IMG/VR virus record: IMGVR_UViG_3300008807_000162
Coordinates: 1-42,071 of that record
Direction: 5' to 3' (one strand)
Length of the DNA: 42,071 nt
Origin: a virus
Shown: positions 18,207 through 25,236 of the stretch, piece after piece
Numbering within the stretch: position 1 is the stretch's first letter
Layout: every line of letters starts with the position of its first letter
Notes under the pieces: generated by a model
Seen by the model: only the letters and a program-made list of their open reading frames with translations
The model's database searches: none
What the model was told of the DNA's origin: nothing
Position numbers and translations under genes: made by a program

Positions 18207-18533
18207 TTATGCTTTTGGTGGAGCGCCATCGGCGCGGAGCGCGTTACCTGTCTTGGCGGGGAGGGTGGTGAGGAAGGCGTCGATGCGCCTGATGGCGGCG
18301 ACGCCTTTGCCGAGGTACTGCCCTGCAACGTAGTTCGTGAGGACGACCTGTGCGTCTATCAACACCTCCCGCGCCTCCTCGATAAGCCGGGCTTGGGCGT
18401 CGAGGGCATCGGCCGCGAGATGCACCACGACATGATCATCGACGTCTGCAACTCGCGACGCTACATCGCGAACCTGCTCAACAAGATGGGTCTGGCTGTG
18501 CGCCTCGGCGCGAGCGGCAGGGGAGGGGGTCAT
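18207..18533 (-). CDS. Hypothetical protein
   Basis: Met13 of ORF 18207..18569. ATGA overlap with the upstream small ORF. 108 aa. Confidence 0.55.
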   Translation of the reverse strand: MTPSPAARAEAHSQTHLVEQVRDVASRVADVDDHVVVHLAADALDAQARLIEEAREVLIDAQVVLTNYVAGQYLGKGVAAIRRIDAFLTTLPAKTGNALRADGAPPKA

Positions 18534-18685
18534 TCCACGATCTCCCAAGAGAAGCTGATGCGATTCCACAGTTCATCGCGTACGGCTTCGTCGATCTCTT
18601 CCTCGGTGCTGCCGTCAGGCATTTCGAACTCGTCCTGAATGTCCGCGCCAGAGATTCCGCGGTCGATGATGTATCTGATCTTCAC
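18530..18685 (-). CDS. Small hypothetical acidic protein (51 aa)
   Basis: Not in the ORF track (shorter than 60 aa). GTG 18685 overlaps the upstream TGA, and its stop overlaps the downstream ATG. Translates as VKIRYIIDRGISGADIQDEFEMPDGSTEEEIDEAVRDELWNRISFSWEIVE. Confidence 0.5.
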   Translation of the reverse strand: MKIRYIIDRGISGADIQDEFEMPDGSTEEEIDEAVRDELWNRISFSWEIVE

Positions 18686-18873
18686 GTCCGCTTCTCCTTC
18701 CGCCGCGCTGGGCGGGGATCTAGGGTGAGGGTGGCGCGCACGCGCAATGGCTTCATTGAAGGTGGCGGGTCTTTGTAGATAAACACGCTGCCAAAACGGT
18801 TCATCTCGTCCATCGGGTTAGCCCACACCCAACCTTTGATGACGGTCTTCTGCTTCTTCTTACCTGCTGCCAT
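18682..18873 (-). CDS. Hypothetical basic protein
   Basis: 63 aa. AGGA upstream of ATG 18873. Confidence 0.55.
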   Translation of the reverse strand: MAAGKKKQKTVIKGWVWANPMDEMNRFGSVFIYKDPPPSMKPLRVRATLTLDPRPARRKEKRT

Positions 18874-18893
18874 GGTGAGTCCTGTGGGGGTTG

Positions 18894-18910
18894 GATTCGC
18901 TGACGCCTCG
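18894..18910 (+). repeat. Dispersed element copy a: GATTCGCTGACGCCTCG
   Basis: Intergenic between 18913..19242 and 18682..18873. Followed by hairpin CCTCG-gatta-CGAGG (18906-18920). Confidence 0.8.
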
Positions 18911-18912
18911 GA

Positions 18913-19242
18913 TTACGAGGTCTGCGCCTTCATAAGAGCGAGCAGCTTCGCGGGCAGTCTCTGGCCGAACTGCTTGGTGGCGTTCTCACTCTCGCCCACA
19001 GCCTCGAGCGCGGCCTGCGTGACCATGTCCATTTGCGCGGACGAGACGATGTGCGTGGCCGCCAGTGGCATCAGGCGCACGTCGCTCAGATCATCGCAGC
19101 GGAGCGGGATATATCCACTCTCGACAAGAAGCGCCTGCATCTCAGGAGCAAGCGGCTCACTGGACTTGTAGAGGAGTATCGCCTTCGCGCCCGGTGTCGG
19201 TGCTGTGATCGTCTGTTCGGTCATTTCGTCGTCCATTTCCAT
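18913..19242 (-). CDS. Hypothetical protein
   Basis: 109 aa. AAGGAG upstream. Abuts the previous stop codon. Confidence 0.65.
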   Translation of the reverse strand: MEMDDEMTEQTITAPTPGAKAILLYKSSEPLAPEMQALLVESGYIPLRCDDLSDVRLMPLAATHIVSSAQMDMVTQAALEAVGESENATKQFGQRLPAKLLALMKAQTS

Positions 19243-19632
19243 TCACTCCTTTATGTATTTCGTCGGTGCAAAGCGCCTCGTGCCCGTCCGCCAATCCCAG
19301 TACGAGCCCGGTGGAGGCTTGGGAAAGCTGCTGCGCTTGCGAATGCCGAGGTGCTTCGCCTCGCGTCGCTTCGACTTCGCTATGGCCTTCACGTCCTTGG
19401 CGGTCTTGCCGTTCTCGCCGCGATGACAGCAGTGCCCCAAAAGCTTGCCATCCTCGATGGTCAGCGGCTTAGATTTGTCGATCACCAGAGCCTCGGCCAC
19501 GACGTGGTCTATCTCCCACTTCTTGAAGGTCACGTTGAGGCTGCACCCTTCGCAGAGGATGCGGTTATCGCCGGTCGTGGCGCGCTTGATGATGTCAAAG
19601 CGCTGCTTTGGGGTGAACTCGCGGCGCTTCAC
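19243..19632 (-). CDS. HNH endonuclease
   Basis: 129 aa, GTGA overlap. CEGC...WEIDHVVAEAL...LLGHCCH...KTAKDVKAIAKSKR fits the HNH zinc-finger nuclease pattern. Confidence 0.75.
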   Translation of the reverse strand: MKRREFTPKQRFDIIKRATTGDNRILCEGCSLNVTFKKWEIDHVVAEALVIDKSKPLTIEDGKLLGHCCHRGENGKTAKDVKAIAKSKRREAKHLGIRKRSSFPKPPPGSYWDWRTGTRRFAPTKYIKE

Positions 19633-19865
19633 TTGGCGGCCTTCTGGAGCTTGCGTAGCTCGCGGATCAGCAAAGGCAACGTGTTCGCTAGGATCATCAC
19701 GTGACCCTCGTACCGATCAGTCACGATATGCAGCCAAGGCCCTTCCCCGTAGACCTCTGCAATGGGGCCGCTGCCGCCGATGCTGTCCGTATACTTGGAT
19801 CCGATATGGGCGTGCCCAGTCTTCGGATCACGCCACAGATAGGGCTTGCTGTCCCGACCCATCAC
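19629..19865 (-). CDS. Hypothetical protein
   Basis: 78 aa. Start-stop overlaps on both sides. Confidence 0.6.
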   Translation of the reverse strand: MMGRDSKPYLWRDPKTGHAHIGSKYTDSIGGSGPIAEVYGEGPWLHIVTDRYEGHVMILANTLPLLIRELRKLQKAAK

Positions 19866-20278
19866 CGCGCCTCGTCACTGAGCTTGATGGGGATGCCGCG
19901 CACCGTTGCCCAAGCAATCGTGTACTCGATAAGGCTGGTGCTGCGCGGGATGGACATGCGGGCCGATGACTCCCGAATTTCGACCAGCTCGCCCTCAAGG
20001 CCAATCACCACATCCGGCTGCCGCCCGGTAATCTTGGCGTGCCCTGAGATCAGCAGAACCTTCCATTCCTTGGCCGTGCGCTGGCAGCCCGCCCACTCGA
20101 TGCCGGATTTGGCGATGTCACCGCAAAGGGCATGGAAAATCCGGTTCTGGCCTAGGGTGCGCTTGGGCGCGGGCCGAGCGTCGCGCGCTTGGCTTTGCAG
20201 GCCTCGATCAGGCGAGCGTACTCGGCCGGGGCCGATGCCTCGATGCGCCGTATCCAGGGAAGATTGTGCCGCCACCAT
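19862..20278 (-). CDS. ninB: NinB/Orf-family recombination mediator; N-terminus unresolved (possibly frameshifted)
   Basis: KRTLGQNRIFHALCGDIAKSGIEWAGCQRTAKEWKVLL...SSARMSIPRSTSLIEYTIAWATVRGIPIKLSDEAR aligns with lambda NinB from RSLDQNRKLWA onward. The first ~38 codons after ATG 20278 are Arg/Gly/Pro-rich and overlap the better-looking ORF 20152..20352. Confidence 0.65.
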   Translation of the reverse strand: MVAAQSSLDTAHRGIGPGRVRSPDRGLQSQARDARPAPKRTLGQNRIFHALCGDIAKSGIEWAGCQRTAKEWKVLLISGHAKITGRQPDVVIGLEGELVEIRESSARMSIPRSTSLIEYTIAWATVRGIPIKLSDEAR

Positions 20279-20352
20279 TGATCCAGTTCCTTGTGATTGA
20301 GGGCGAGAGGGAGCGTGGCGATGGCCATGCTCACCAGCCCGACGTCATTCAC
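20152..20352 (-). CDS. 66-aa ORF, either a separate small gene or the true N-terminal part of the NinB-like protein
   Basis: GTGA overlap with recT. Higher GC3 than the overlapping frame. Ends ...YARLIEACKAKRATLGPRPSAP, where KRATLG duplicates the KRTLG of the other frame. Confidence 0.5.
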   Translation of the reverse strand: MNDVGLVSMAIATLPLALNHKELDQWWRHNLPWIRRIEASAPAEYARLIEACKAKRATLGPRPSAP

Positions 20353-21281
20353 CCAGCCAGCGCCTCGATGCGCTCCTCAATCGACCGCTTCAGAGAAAGA
20401 GCGTCGGATTTGTGAAGCGCCCAGAACTGGTTGAGGCCGAGCTGGTTGGCGTCGCGCCACGTCTCGATCTGGACGGGGCTCTCGGCCTTCCCGATGAACT
20501 CCAGCACGCGGTCGGCCAGCTTGCTCGACGGCACCGCCTCGATCGGTTCGCCAGCCGTCCACAGGATCGGCACGGTGTTGGACGCCCCGATGCGGGCCAT
20601 GCGCTGCTCCTGCTCGTACTGCAGGATCTCGGCAGACGGCGTGATGTCTCGCATGGCCGCCTGATCCATCTCGGTATCCATGTAGACGCCGGAGAAATCA
20701 TCGGGCCACCCGGCGCGGCACGCTTGCGCAGTGGCGCACTTGGGCAGCATCACATGTGGCATGCGATACCAATTGCTCTTGCGGTCGAGCGTGAACTCGC
20801 CAGTCGCCTGCCATTTGCCGTTGATCTCTGCCCATTTCTCGGTGATCGGGGCGAACTCCGACCAGTAGGCCGTGCCGACGACCGGATGCCACTGGCGGTC
20901 AGGCCCGAACTTGTAGAGCCGCACCACGGCTTTCACGATGCCCAGAGGATTCGTGTTCGGGTCCTTCAGCGTCTCGTCATAGGTGATTTCCGGCTCCTGA
21001 TCGGCCGGCCGATAATCGCCCGTGCGCGCGGCGATGGCGCGAAAGCCGTCGATGCCGGTGATAATCGACATCTTGCGCTTGTCGGGCTTGTTCTTGTTGT
21101 AGACCACGGCATGGATCTGCTTGCGGAAGGGGTCGAGCCCAGCGCGCCTAGCCACCTCCATAAACAGGTCGAACTCGGCCTCGTTGCAGTCGGCCGCAAC
21201 AGTCTTGCGGATCAAGGTGAGTTGCGAGCCGGAATAGTCGCGAAGCGACCGCTGCGGTTGAAGGGCGACAACGTTGCTCAT
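20349..21281 (-). CDS. recT: RecT-family single-strand annealing recombinase
   Basis: 310 aa. LTLIRKTVAADCNEAEFDLFMEVARRAGLDPFRKQIHAVVY...ITGIDGFRAIAARTGDY is the RecT signature. Confidence 0.85.
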   Translation of the reverse strand: MSNVVALQPQRSLRDYSGSQLTLIRKTVAADCNEAEFDLFMEVARRAGLDPFRKQIHAVVYNKNKPDKRKMSIITGIDGFRAIAARTGDYRPADQEPEITYDETLKDPNTNPLGIVKAVVRLYKFGPDRQWHPVVGTAYWSEFAPITEKWAEINGKWQATGEFTLDRKSNWYRMPHVMLPKCATAQACRAGWPDDFSGVYMDTEMDQAAMRDITPSAEILQYEQEQRMARIGASNTVPILWTAGEPIEAVPSSKLADRVLEFIGKAESPVQIETWRDANQLGLNQFWALHKSDALSLKRSIEERIEALAG

Positions 21282-21288
21282 GGCTACC

Positions 21289-21819
21289 TCACTTCACGCG
21301 TATGGACAGGGAAACGCCGCCGTTCGACAGGGCGGCGCCGGGGACGGTCTCTTTCGCCTTCAGCGCCTCGCCCACGGCGGCCTTGTCGAGGCGAGGGTCT
21401 GAGGGCTTCCAGAACTTAGCCGGGATCTGGGCTTCGTCGCTGATCACCACCTTGGGCGGCGTCTCGCGGACGGTAAGGGTGGCCATCGGGGACTTGAGCG
21501 TCTGGATGCCCGCCTTTTCCATGGCCATGAGGATGATGCCCCGGCGCATCTCGATGGACTTCTCCACGCGGCCCTTGCGGGTCTGCAGGAGGTCGATGGT
21601 GGCCTTCAGCCCGGCCAGCAGCGTCTCGTCCTCGAAGGTCTCCTCCAGAACGACGCAGCAGGCTTCCGCCAAGTCCGTCTCGCCCTCGATCATGTCGAGG
21701 ATCAGCTTGGGGTCGTCATGCTCGTGCAGAGCCCGCCTGATCTCCACGGCGCGGTTGAGTTCCGAGCCGATCTTGCGGACCGCTACTGAAGAGCGGGGAA
21801 GGGGAGCGCCATCGGGCAT
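21289..21819 (-). CDS. Gp157-family protein (Sipho_Gp157-like)
   Basis: 176 aa. C-terminal ISDEAQIPAKFWKP...LDKAAVGEALKAKETVPGAALSNGGVSLSIRVK matches the Gp157 family pattern. Adjacent to recT. Confidence 0.65.
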   Translation of the reverse strand: MPDGAPLPRSSVAVRKIGSELNRAVEIRRALHEHDDPKLILDMIEGETDLAEACCVVLEETFEDETLLAGLKATIDLLQTRKGRVEKSIEMRRGIILMAMEKAGIQTLKSPMATLTVRETPPKVVISDEAQIPAKFWKPSDPRLDKAAVGEALKAKETVPGAALSNGGVSLSIRVK

Positions 21820-21848
21820 CTATCTCTCCTGTCTCAATGGATGGGGGT

Positions 21849-21865
21849 GATTCGCTGACGCCTCA
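21849..21865 (+). repeat. Dispersed element copy b: GATTCGCTGACGCCTCA
   Basis: Intergenic between 21868..22281 and 21289..21819. Followed by hairpin GTCAC-gattgcg-GTGAC (21867-21883). Confidence 0.8.
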
Positions 21866-21867
21866 CG

Positions 21868-22281
21868 TCACGATTGCGGTGACTTGCTATCCCAAGGCAC
21901 TTCATGTTCGCCGGAGAGCAAGACGACGTAGCCGCAGATCAGCTCTGCCACTCGCGCTGCTTCAGCGGCGCTGTCGTATCCAGCATGAAAGGTATCGTCG
22001 CGGGCATAGACGGCGCACAGGTGCTTGACGGACTTGCGCGGCGGCGGAGGAAGGAGGCGGGGCACCGGGACATATGGCGTTCCATCTTCCTGCCACCAGT
22101 GCACCTCAATCTTCATTGGGTGTATGTCTTGAGGCGGAATCACCCAGCCCAGCATGCAGTTTTTGCGGAAGGCCGTTTCCGCGATCACAGCAACAACGCC
22201 TTCGGATGCCGTGGGCACGAGCGCGCGGCCCTTGTCATCGTGATCGTAGTGTCCGGCGTCGATATGTTCTCGGATATTCAT
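21868..22281 (-). CDS. Hypothetical protein
   Basis: 137-aa ORF with a normal residue composition. Confidence 0.65.
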   Translation of the reverse strand: MNIREHIDAGHYDHDDKGRALVPTASEGVVAVIAETAFRKNCMLGWVIPPQDIHPMKIEVHWWQEDGTPYVPVPRLLPPPPRKSVKHLCAVYARDDTFHAGYDSAAEAARVAELICGYVVLLSGEHEVPWDSKSPQS

Positions 22282-22299
22282 TGCAGAAGCCTCTGTGCG

Positions 22300-22461
22300 T
22301 TAGAGATCACGTGCGTTGAAAGAGCGAGGCGATAGCCAGTTCCAAACCCTCCACCAGAATCTCCTCCTAATAGGCACAGAAGGAGAGATAACCGGGCCGG
22401 GCTTGGGCCAGTTGAGGGAGGGGATCATGGCCTCGCGGAGCTGGCGCTGGGCGTCGGTCAT
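22300..22461 (-). CDS. Small hypothetical ORF (53 aa), doubtful
   Basis: ATGA overlap with the upstream gene. Coding bias decays in the 3-prime half, which contains element copy h. Confidence 0.35.
   Translation of the reverse strand: MTDAQRQLREAMIPSLNWPKPGPVISPSVPIRRRFWWRVWNWLSPRSFNARDL
22325..22336 (-). repeat. Dispersed element copy h (variant GCTATCGCCTCG on the minus strand)
   Basis: Plus strand reads CGAGGCGATAGCCAGTTCCAAACCCTCCAC, similar to the reverse complement of copy c. Confidence 0.6.
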
Positions 22462-22763
22462 GGCTTCCTCGGGGGAAGGGTGACGGTGCCGGTGAGAGGC
22501 ACGACAATCAGATGCTCGGCGCTCTTGGCGAACTCGATGGCATCCGACTCGAAGTCGTAAGTCTCGACGCCATCGCCACAGTAGCTGTCGACGACCATCC
22601 ACGCCGTGTAAGTGTGCTCTCTCGGCAGTGTGGCGAGATGGGCCTCGGCCGCATCAACGAGAGGCCAGAAGTCCGCGATCTTCAGGACATCCGCTCCAGA
22701 GGCGCGACACACCTTGGCGGCCCAGATCAGATGCTTCAGATTCTTGGCGTCAATCGTGCTCAT
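22458..22763 (-). CDS. Hypothetical protein
   Basis: 101 aa. GAGG upstream of ATG 22763. Confidence 0.65.
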   Translation of the reverse strand: MSTIDAKNLKHLIWAAKVCRASGADVLKIADFWPLVDAAEAHLATLPREHTYTAWMVVDSYCGDGVETYDFESDAIEFAKSAEHLIVVPLTGTVTLPPRKP

Positions 22764-22767
22764 CTCG

Positions 22768-23055
22768 TCACCTCGCTATTCCCAGAAGGGCCGAAGCGAT
22801 GGTCTTGGCGTCTTGTGTCAGATCGTCCGTCCAATCGTCGTATCGCGGGAAAGAAGAATCGAAGGCGGCGATGCGCTCGGCGGCTTCGAGCGCTTCCGTG
22901 CTGGCGGCTGGGATGCGCAACACCCAGAAGCCATCCGCACGCCGCCGCCAGTTACCGACATTGATGCTCTTGCCCGCTGCATCCTCTACCTCGACGAAGC
23001 GTCCAGCCTCGTGCTCGGGAGGTCCGTCAAAGACAATATCGATGTGCGCAGTCAT
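22768..23055 (-). CDS. Hypothetical protein
   Basis: 95 aa. GAGGAAGG upstream of ATG 23055. Confidence 0.65.
   Translation of the reverse strand: MTAHIDIVFDGPPEHEAGRFVEVEDAAGKSINVGNWRRRADGFWVLRIPAASTEALEAAERIAAFDSSFPRYDDWTDDLTQDAKTIASALLGIAR
22771..22783 (-). repeat. Junction 13-mer GGGAATAGCGAGG (copy 1)
   Basis: Minus-sense GGGAATAGCGAGGTGACGAGATG spans the end of 22768..23055 and supplies the SD of 22458..22763. Confidence 0.7.
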
Positions 23056-23354
23056 CGCTCGTTGCCTTCCTCGCTATTCCCTGGCTGGGAAGATGGTGGG
23101 GTGGCTTCGCCTCGCGCATCCGGCTCACGTTCCCATTCGTCATCATCGGGTCCGTAGTCGGGCGCGTCGTATCCATGCTCGTCTGGCCGATAGCAGTCGC
23201 CACCGCAGAAGCCGCACCAAGGCTTGCTCGTCTCGGCAACCTCTTCCTCGACGTCCGAGACGCATTCGGCGCAAATGAGGAGATCGCCAATGGCGTCGCA
23301 GCCGTCATCAGCATCCGCGAAGTCGCCGCAGCGAGAGCAATAGAACATGCTCAT
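23052..23354 (-). CDS. Hypothetical acidic Cys-rich (zinc-ribbon-like) protein
   Basis: Met64 of ORF 23052..23543, giving 100 aa. CSRCGDF...CAEC...CGFCGGDC. The upstream part of the long ORF is an Arg-rich shadow. Confidence 0.6.
   Translation of the reverse strand: MSMFYCSRCGDFADADDGCDAIGDLLICAECVSDVEEEVAETSKPWCGFCGGDCYRPDEHGYDAPDYGPDDDEWEREPDARGEATPPSSQPGNSEEGNER
23069..23081 (-). repeat. Junction 13-mer GGGAATAGCGAGG (copy 2)
   Basis: Minus-sense GGGAATAGCGAGGAAGGCAACGAGCGATG lies at the end of 23052..23354, upstream of ATG 23055, in a different reading frame from copy 1. Confidence 0.7.
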
Positions 23355-23623
23355 GGCGTCACCGGGATCTTGCTGCCGACCGGCATGCCGTGCAGAGCGG
23401 CGAAGATGCCTACAGGCGTGGCACGCTCGTATTCTCCGCGCTCGTATTCGGCGTACTGGTCGAGGGCTTCGCTGGAGGTCTCGTACCACTCGTAGCTGTA
23501 GTGACCGGGGTAGGGCGGGACGGGCACGCCCTTGTCGGTCCACCAGCTCACGACGACAAAACCGTCCGCTCGGCTCATCGTCACATTGTCTGCGCGCTGT
23601 GCGCTCACTAGGGAGTCGGGCAT
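23351..23623 (-). CDS. Hypothetical protein
   Basis: 90 aa. ATGA overlap downstream. Start uncertain (Met1 or Met16). Confidence 0.55.
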   Translation of the reverse strand: MPDSLVSAQRADNVTMSRADGFVVVSWWTDKGVPVPPYPGHYSYEWYETSSEALDQYAEYERGEYERATPVGIFAALHGMPVGSKIPVTP

Positions 23624-23646
23624 TTAGGGGCCTGCTATTTGGCGGT

Positions 23647-23673
23647 CCTGACTAAGGTTCTCAGGCTTTTTTT
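23647..23673 (+). terminator. Hairpin plus T7 run, reading as an intrinsic terminator on the + strand (antisense to the early-left operon)
   Basis: CCTGA (23647-23651), 9-nt loop, TCAGG (23661-23665), then C and TTTTTTT (23667-23673), inside the 82-nt non-coding gap 23624-23705. Confidence 0.35.
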
Positions 23674-23705
23674 GTTTGGTGACGCGCGAAGCGCGGAGCG
23701 AACCC

Positions 23706-24239
23706 CTACTCATTCCTTCCCCCTTGTGATCTGGAAGCGCGGGAAGCGGTGAGGGCGGCTCTAATCCTTTCCGCCATCTCGTTTGCGTAGGAGTATCCAG
23801 CGCACGAGATCACCACAGTGGTTCCCTCTACGCGGACTGGTTCAAACGAACGATGGCCCGCGAACAACTCCCCCACTGCTTTGTCGGTGGATGCGGGGCG
23901 ATGCTTGGCAAGAACACGGGCGACCATGTCCGCTCGCCTGTTCGCGCCCGGCTCAAGAGATCCTTCGGTTCCCATCGCCTCACCGAGTTCGGTAAGAATG
24001 ATCTGGGCAAGCCGCGTGTCGTCTACGGAGTAATCGGCTGCTTTGTCGGTGGAGAGGAGGGGGCGACGGTTCCAGCTTGGATAGTCGGCCCGATCCAGCT
24101 CCAGCGGTCCTCCACGCTCTACGGTTGCGAGCCAGCAATCGCCTCCTGGGTGAAACGCTGAGCCTAAATCTGCATAGACAAGCATCTGCTTTCCACAGAA
24201 CGGGCACGGCAGCAGAGCGTCTTTCATCTCCCCGGTCAT
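23706..24239 (-). CDS. Protein with Lar-like (restriction alleviation family) N-terminal zinc ribbon
   Basis: Start MTGEMKD at 24239 (ATGA overlap). LLPCPFCGKQM...GGDCW resembles the Lar family N-terminus. C-terminal ~110 aa unknown. Confidence 0.5.
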   Translation of the reverse strand: MTGEMKDALLPCPFCGKQMLVYADLGSAFHPGGDCWLATVERGGPLELDRADYPSWNRRPLLSTDKAADYSVDDTRLAQIILTELGEAMGTEGSLEPGANRRADMVARVLAKHRPASTDKAVGELFAGHRSFEPVRVEGTTVVISCAGYSYANEMAERIRAALTASRASRSQGGRNE

Positions 24240-24427
24240 GTCTGGTCTCCCCAATAGCTTTCGTGTTCGCCATATTGGCCGGCACGAAGCTCAGCGACGG
24301 TCTTCACGACGGTCCCCGCTGTCCTGTACTCGTCGCAGTAGAACTGCCCCTGCCAGCAGCTCGCACGGAGACATGCCGAGCAAACGGTGACCTTGTGGTC
24401 AGCCTTCAACGCGCGTTCCCCGCTCAT
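24236..24427 (-). CDS. Hypothetical Cys-rich protein
   Basis: 63 aa. GGAGG upstream of ATG 24427. Confidence 0.55.
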   Translation of the reverse strand: MSGERALKADHKVTVCSACLRASCWQGQFYCDEYRTAGTVVKTVAELRAGQYGEHESYWGDQT

Positions 24428-24798
24428 GCCTGCCTCCGTGAGGGATTGGATTCGCTATCGCCTCGCGACGCGGACGGCTGTGTGGCCTTGGCGATGGCGG
24501 CGCGAACGCCTTTGCTGAACGTGGCGGCAGGAATCTGCTCGATCGTTCCGTCGAGGAAATTTACGGAGAGACTGTTGAAGTAGCCCCAGCCCTCCTTGCG
24601 CCGCACTCGCTGGCTGCCTGTGACGTAGCAGTCTCGACCGAGATAACTCACGACTGGGTAGACATTCATGCCGTGGCGCACGGCCATACAGGTCCAGGCG
24701 GGGCGCACGGGCGTGGCTGGGAATACATGCGCGAATGGCGCCGAATGCGCTACACGTGCCTCGCTATCCGAGGCGTCAGCACGCTCAATCTTCCCCAT
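24424..24798 (-). CDS. Hypothetical protein, bracketed by inverted element copies c and g
   Basis: 124-aa ORF. Its termini are encoded by the repeat elements. Confidence 0.5.
   Translation of the reverse strand: MGKIERADASDSEARVAHSAPFAHVFPATPVRPAWTCMAVRHGMNVYPVVSYLGRDCYVTGSQRVRRKEGWGYFNSLSVNFLDGTIEQIPAATFSKGVRAAIAKATQPSASRGDSESNPSRRQA
24449..24465 (+). repeat. Dispersed element copy c (variant GATTCGCTATCGCCTCG)
   Basis: Minus-sense GAGGCGATAGCGAATCCAATCCCTCACGGAGGCAGGCATG lies immediately upstream of ATG 24427. Confidence 0.7.
24769..24780 (-). repeat. Dispersed element copy g (GCTGACGCCTCG on the minus strand)
   Basis: Plus strand reads CGAGGCGTCAGC. Overlaps hairpin GCCTCG-ctatc-CGAGGC (24758-24774). 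Lies 18 nt inside ORF 24424..24798. Confidence 0.8.
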
Positions 24799-24801
24799 GA
24801 T

Positions 24802-25233
24802 CTACACTCCTGCTGTGCGGAGAGAGATGGCGCGGTCATAGAAGGCCATCAGCTCGGCGTGGGTGGTGCCGCGATCTTCGTTGAAGTAGACAAGCTGGCC
24901 CGGCATCTCCCGTATCGAGCGGGGAAGCGCGTCACGCAGAGCGTCGATAACGAGGTCCCTGACTTCACGGCTCGGCGCGAATCGCGCCGCTGCCTTGATG
25001 ATGCATGCGCTTTCCCCAATCTCGCCGTCGAACGTTCGCACGTTGCACCAATTCGCCGGATCGGAATGGAAGTCGCGCACGGCGATGATGGTCGCCAGCA
25101 CTTCATCCGTTGCAGGCACGGGCTCTGCGGCAGGATCGACAGGAGGCGCTACTGCGCCTGAACCCATCTCATCGAATACCAGCGGTTCTTCAGGAAGAAT
25201 GACGAAGGGAAGGTCGGGCAAATCGCGCGGCAT
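24802..25233 (-). CDS. Hypothetical protein
   Basis: 143-aa ORF with good composition. ...NWCNV...LVYFNEDRGTTHAELMAFYDRAI. Family not securely recognised. Confidence 0.65.
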   Translation of the reverse strand: MPRDLPDLPFVILPEEPLVFDEMGSGAVAPPVDPAAEPVPATDEVLATIIAVRDFHSDPANWCNVRTFDGEIGESACIIKAAARFAPSREVRDLVIDALRDALPRSIREMPGQLVYFNEDRGTTHAELMAFYDRAISLRTAGV

Positions 25234-25236
25234 GGC

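Noticed and set aside
18891-18906. Sigma54-type promoter (GG-N10-GC) within TTGGATTCGCTGACGCC
   Set aside because: Only the GG and GC dinucleotide spacing fits, and the rest of the TGGCAC-N5-TTGC consensus is absent. Copies b and d have TG instead of GG.
21837-22028. Plus-strand ORF starting MDGGDSLTPH (and other plus-frame readings of the repeat as DSLTPR peptides)
   Set aside because: The DSLTPR reading appears only because the DNA element is repeated. Other copies are read in different frames (ADAS, RGVSE). This ORF is Arg-rich and antisense to 21868-22281.
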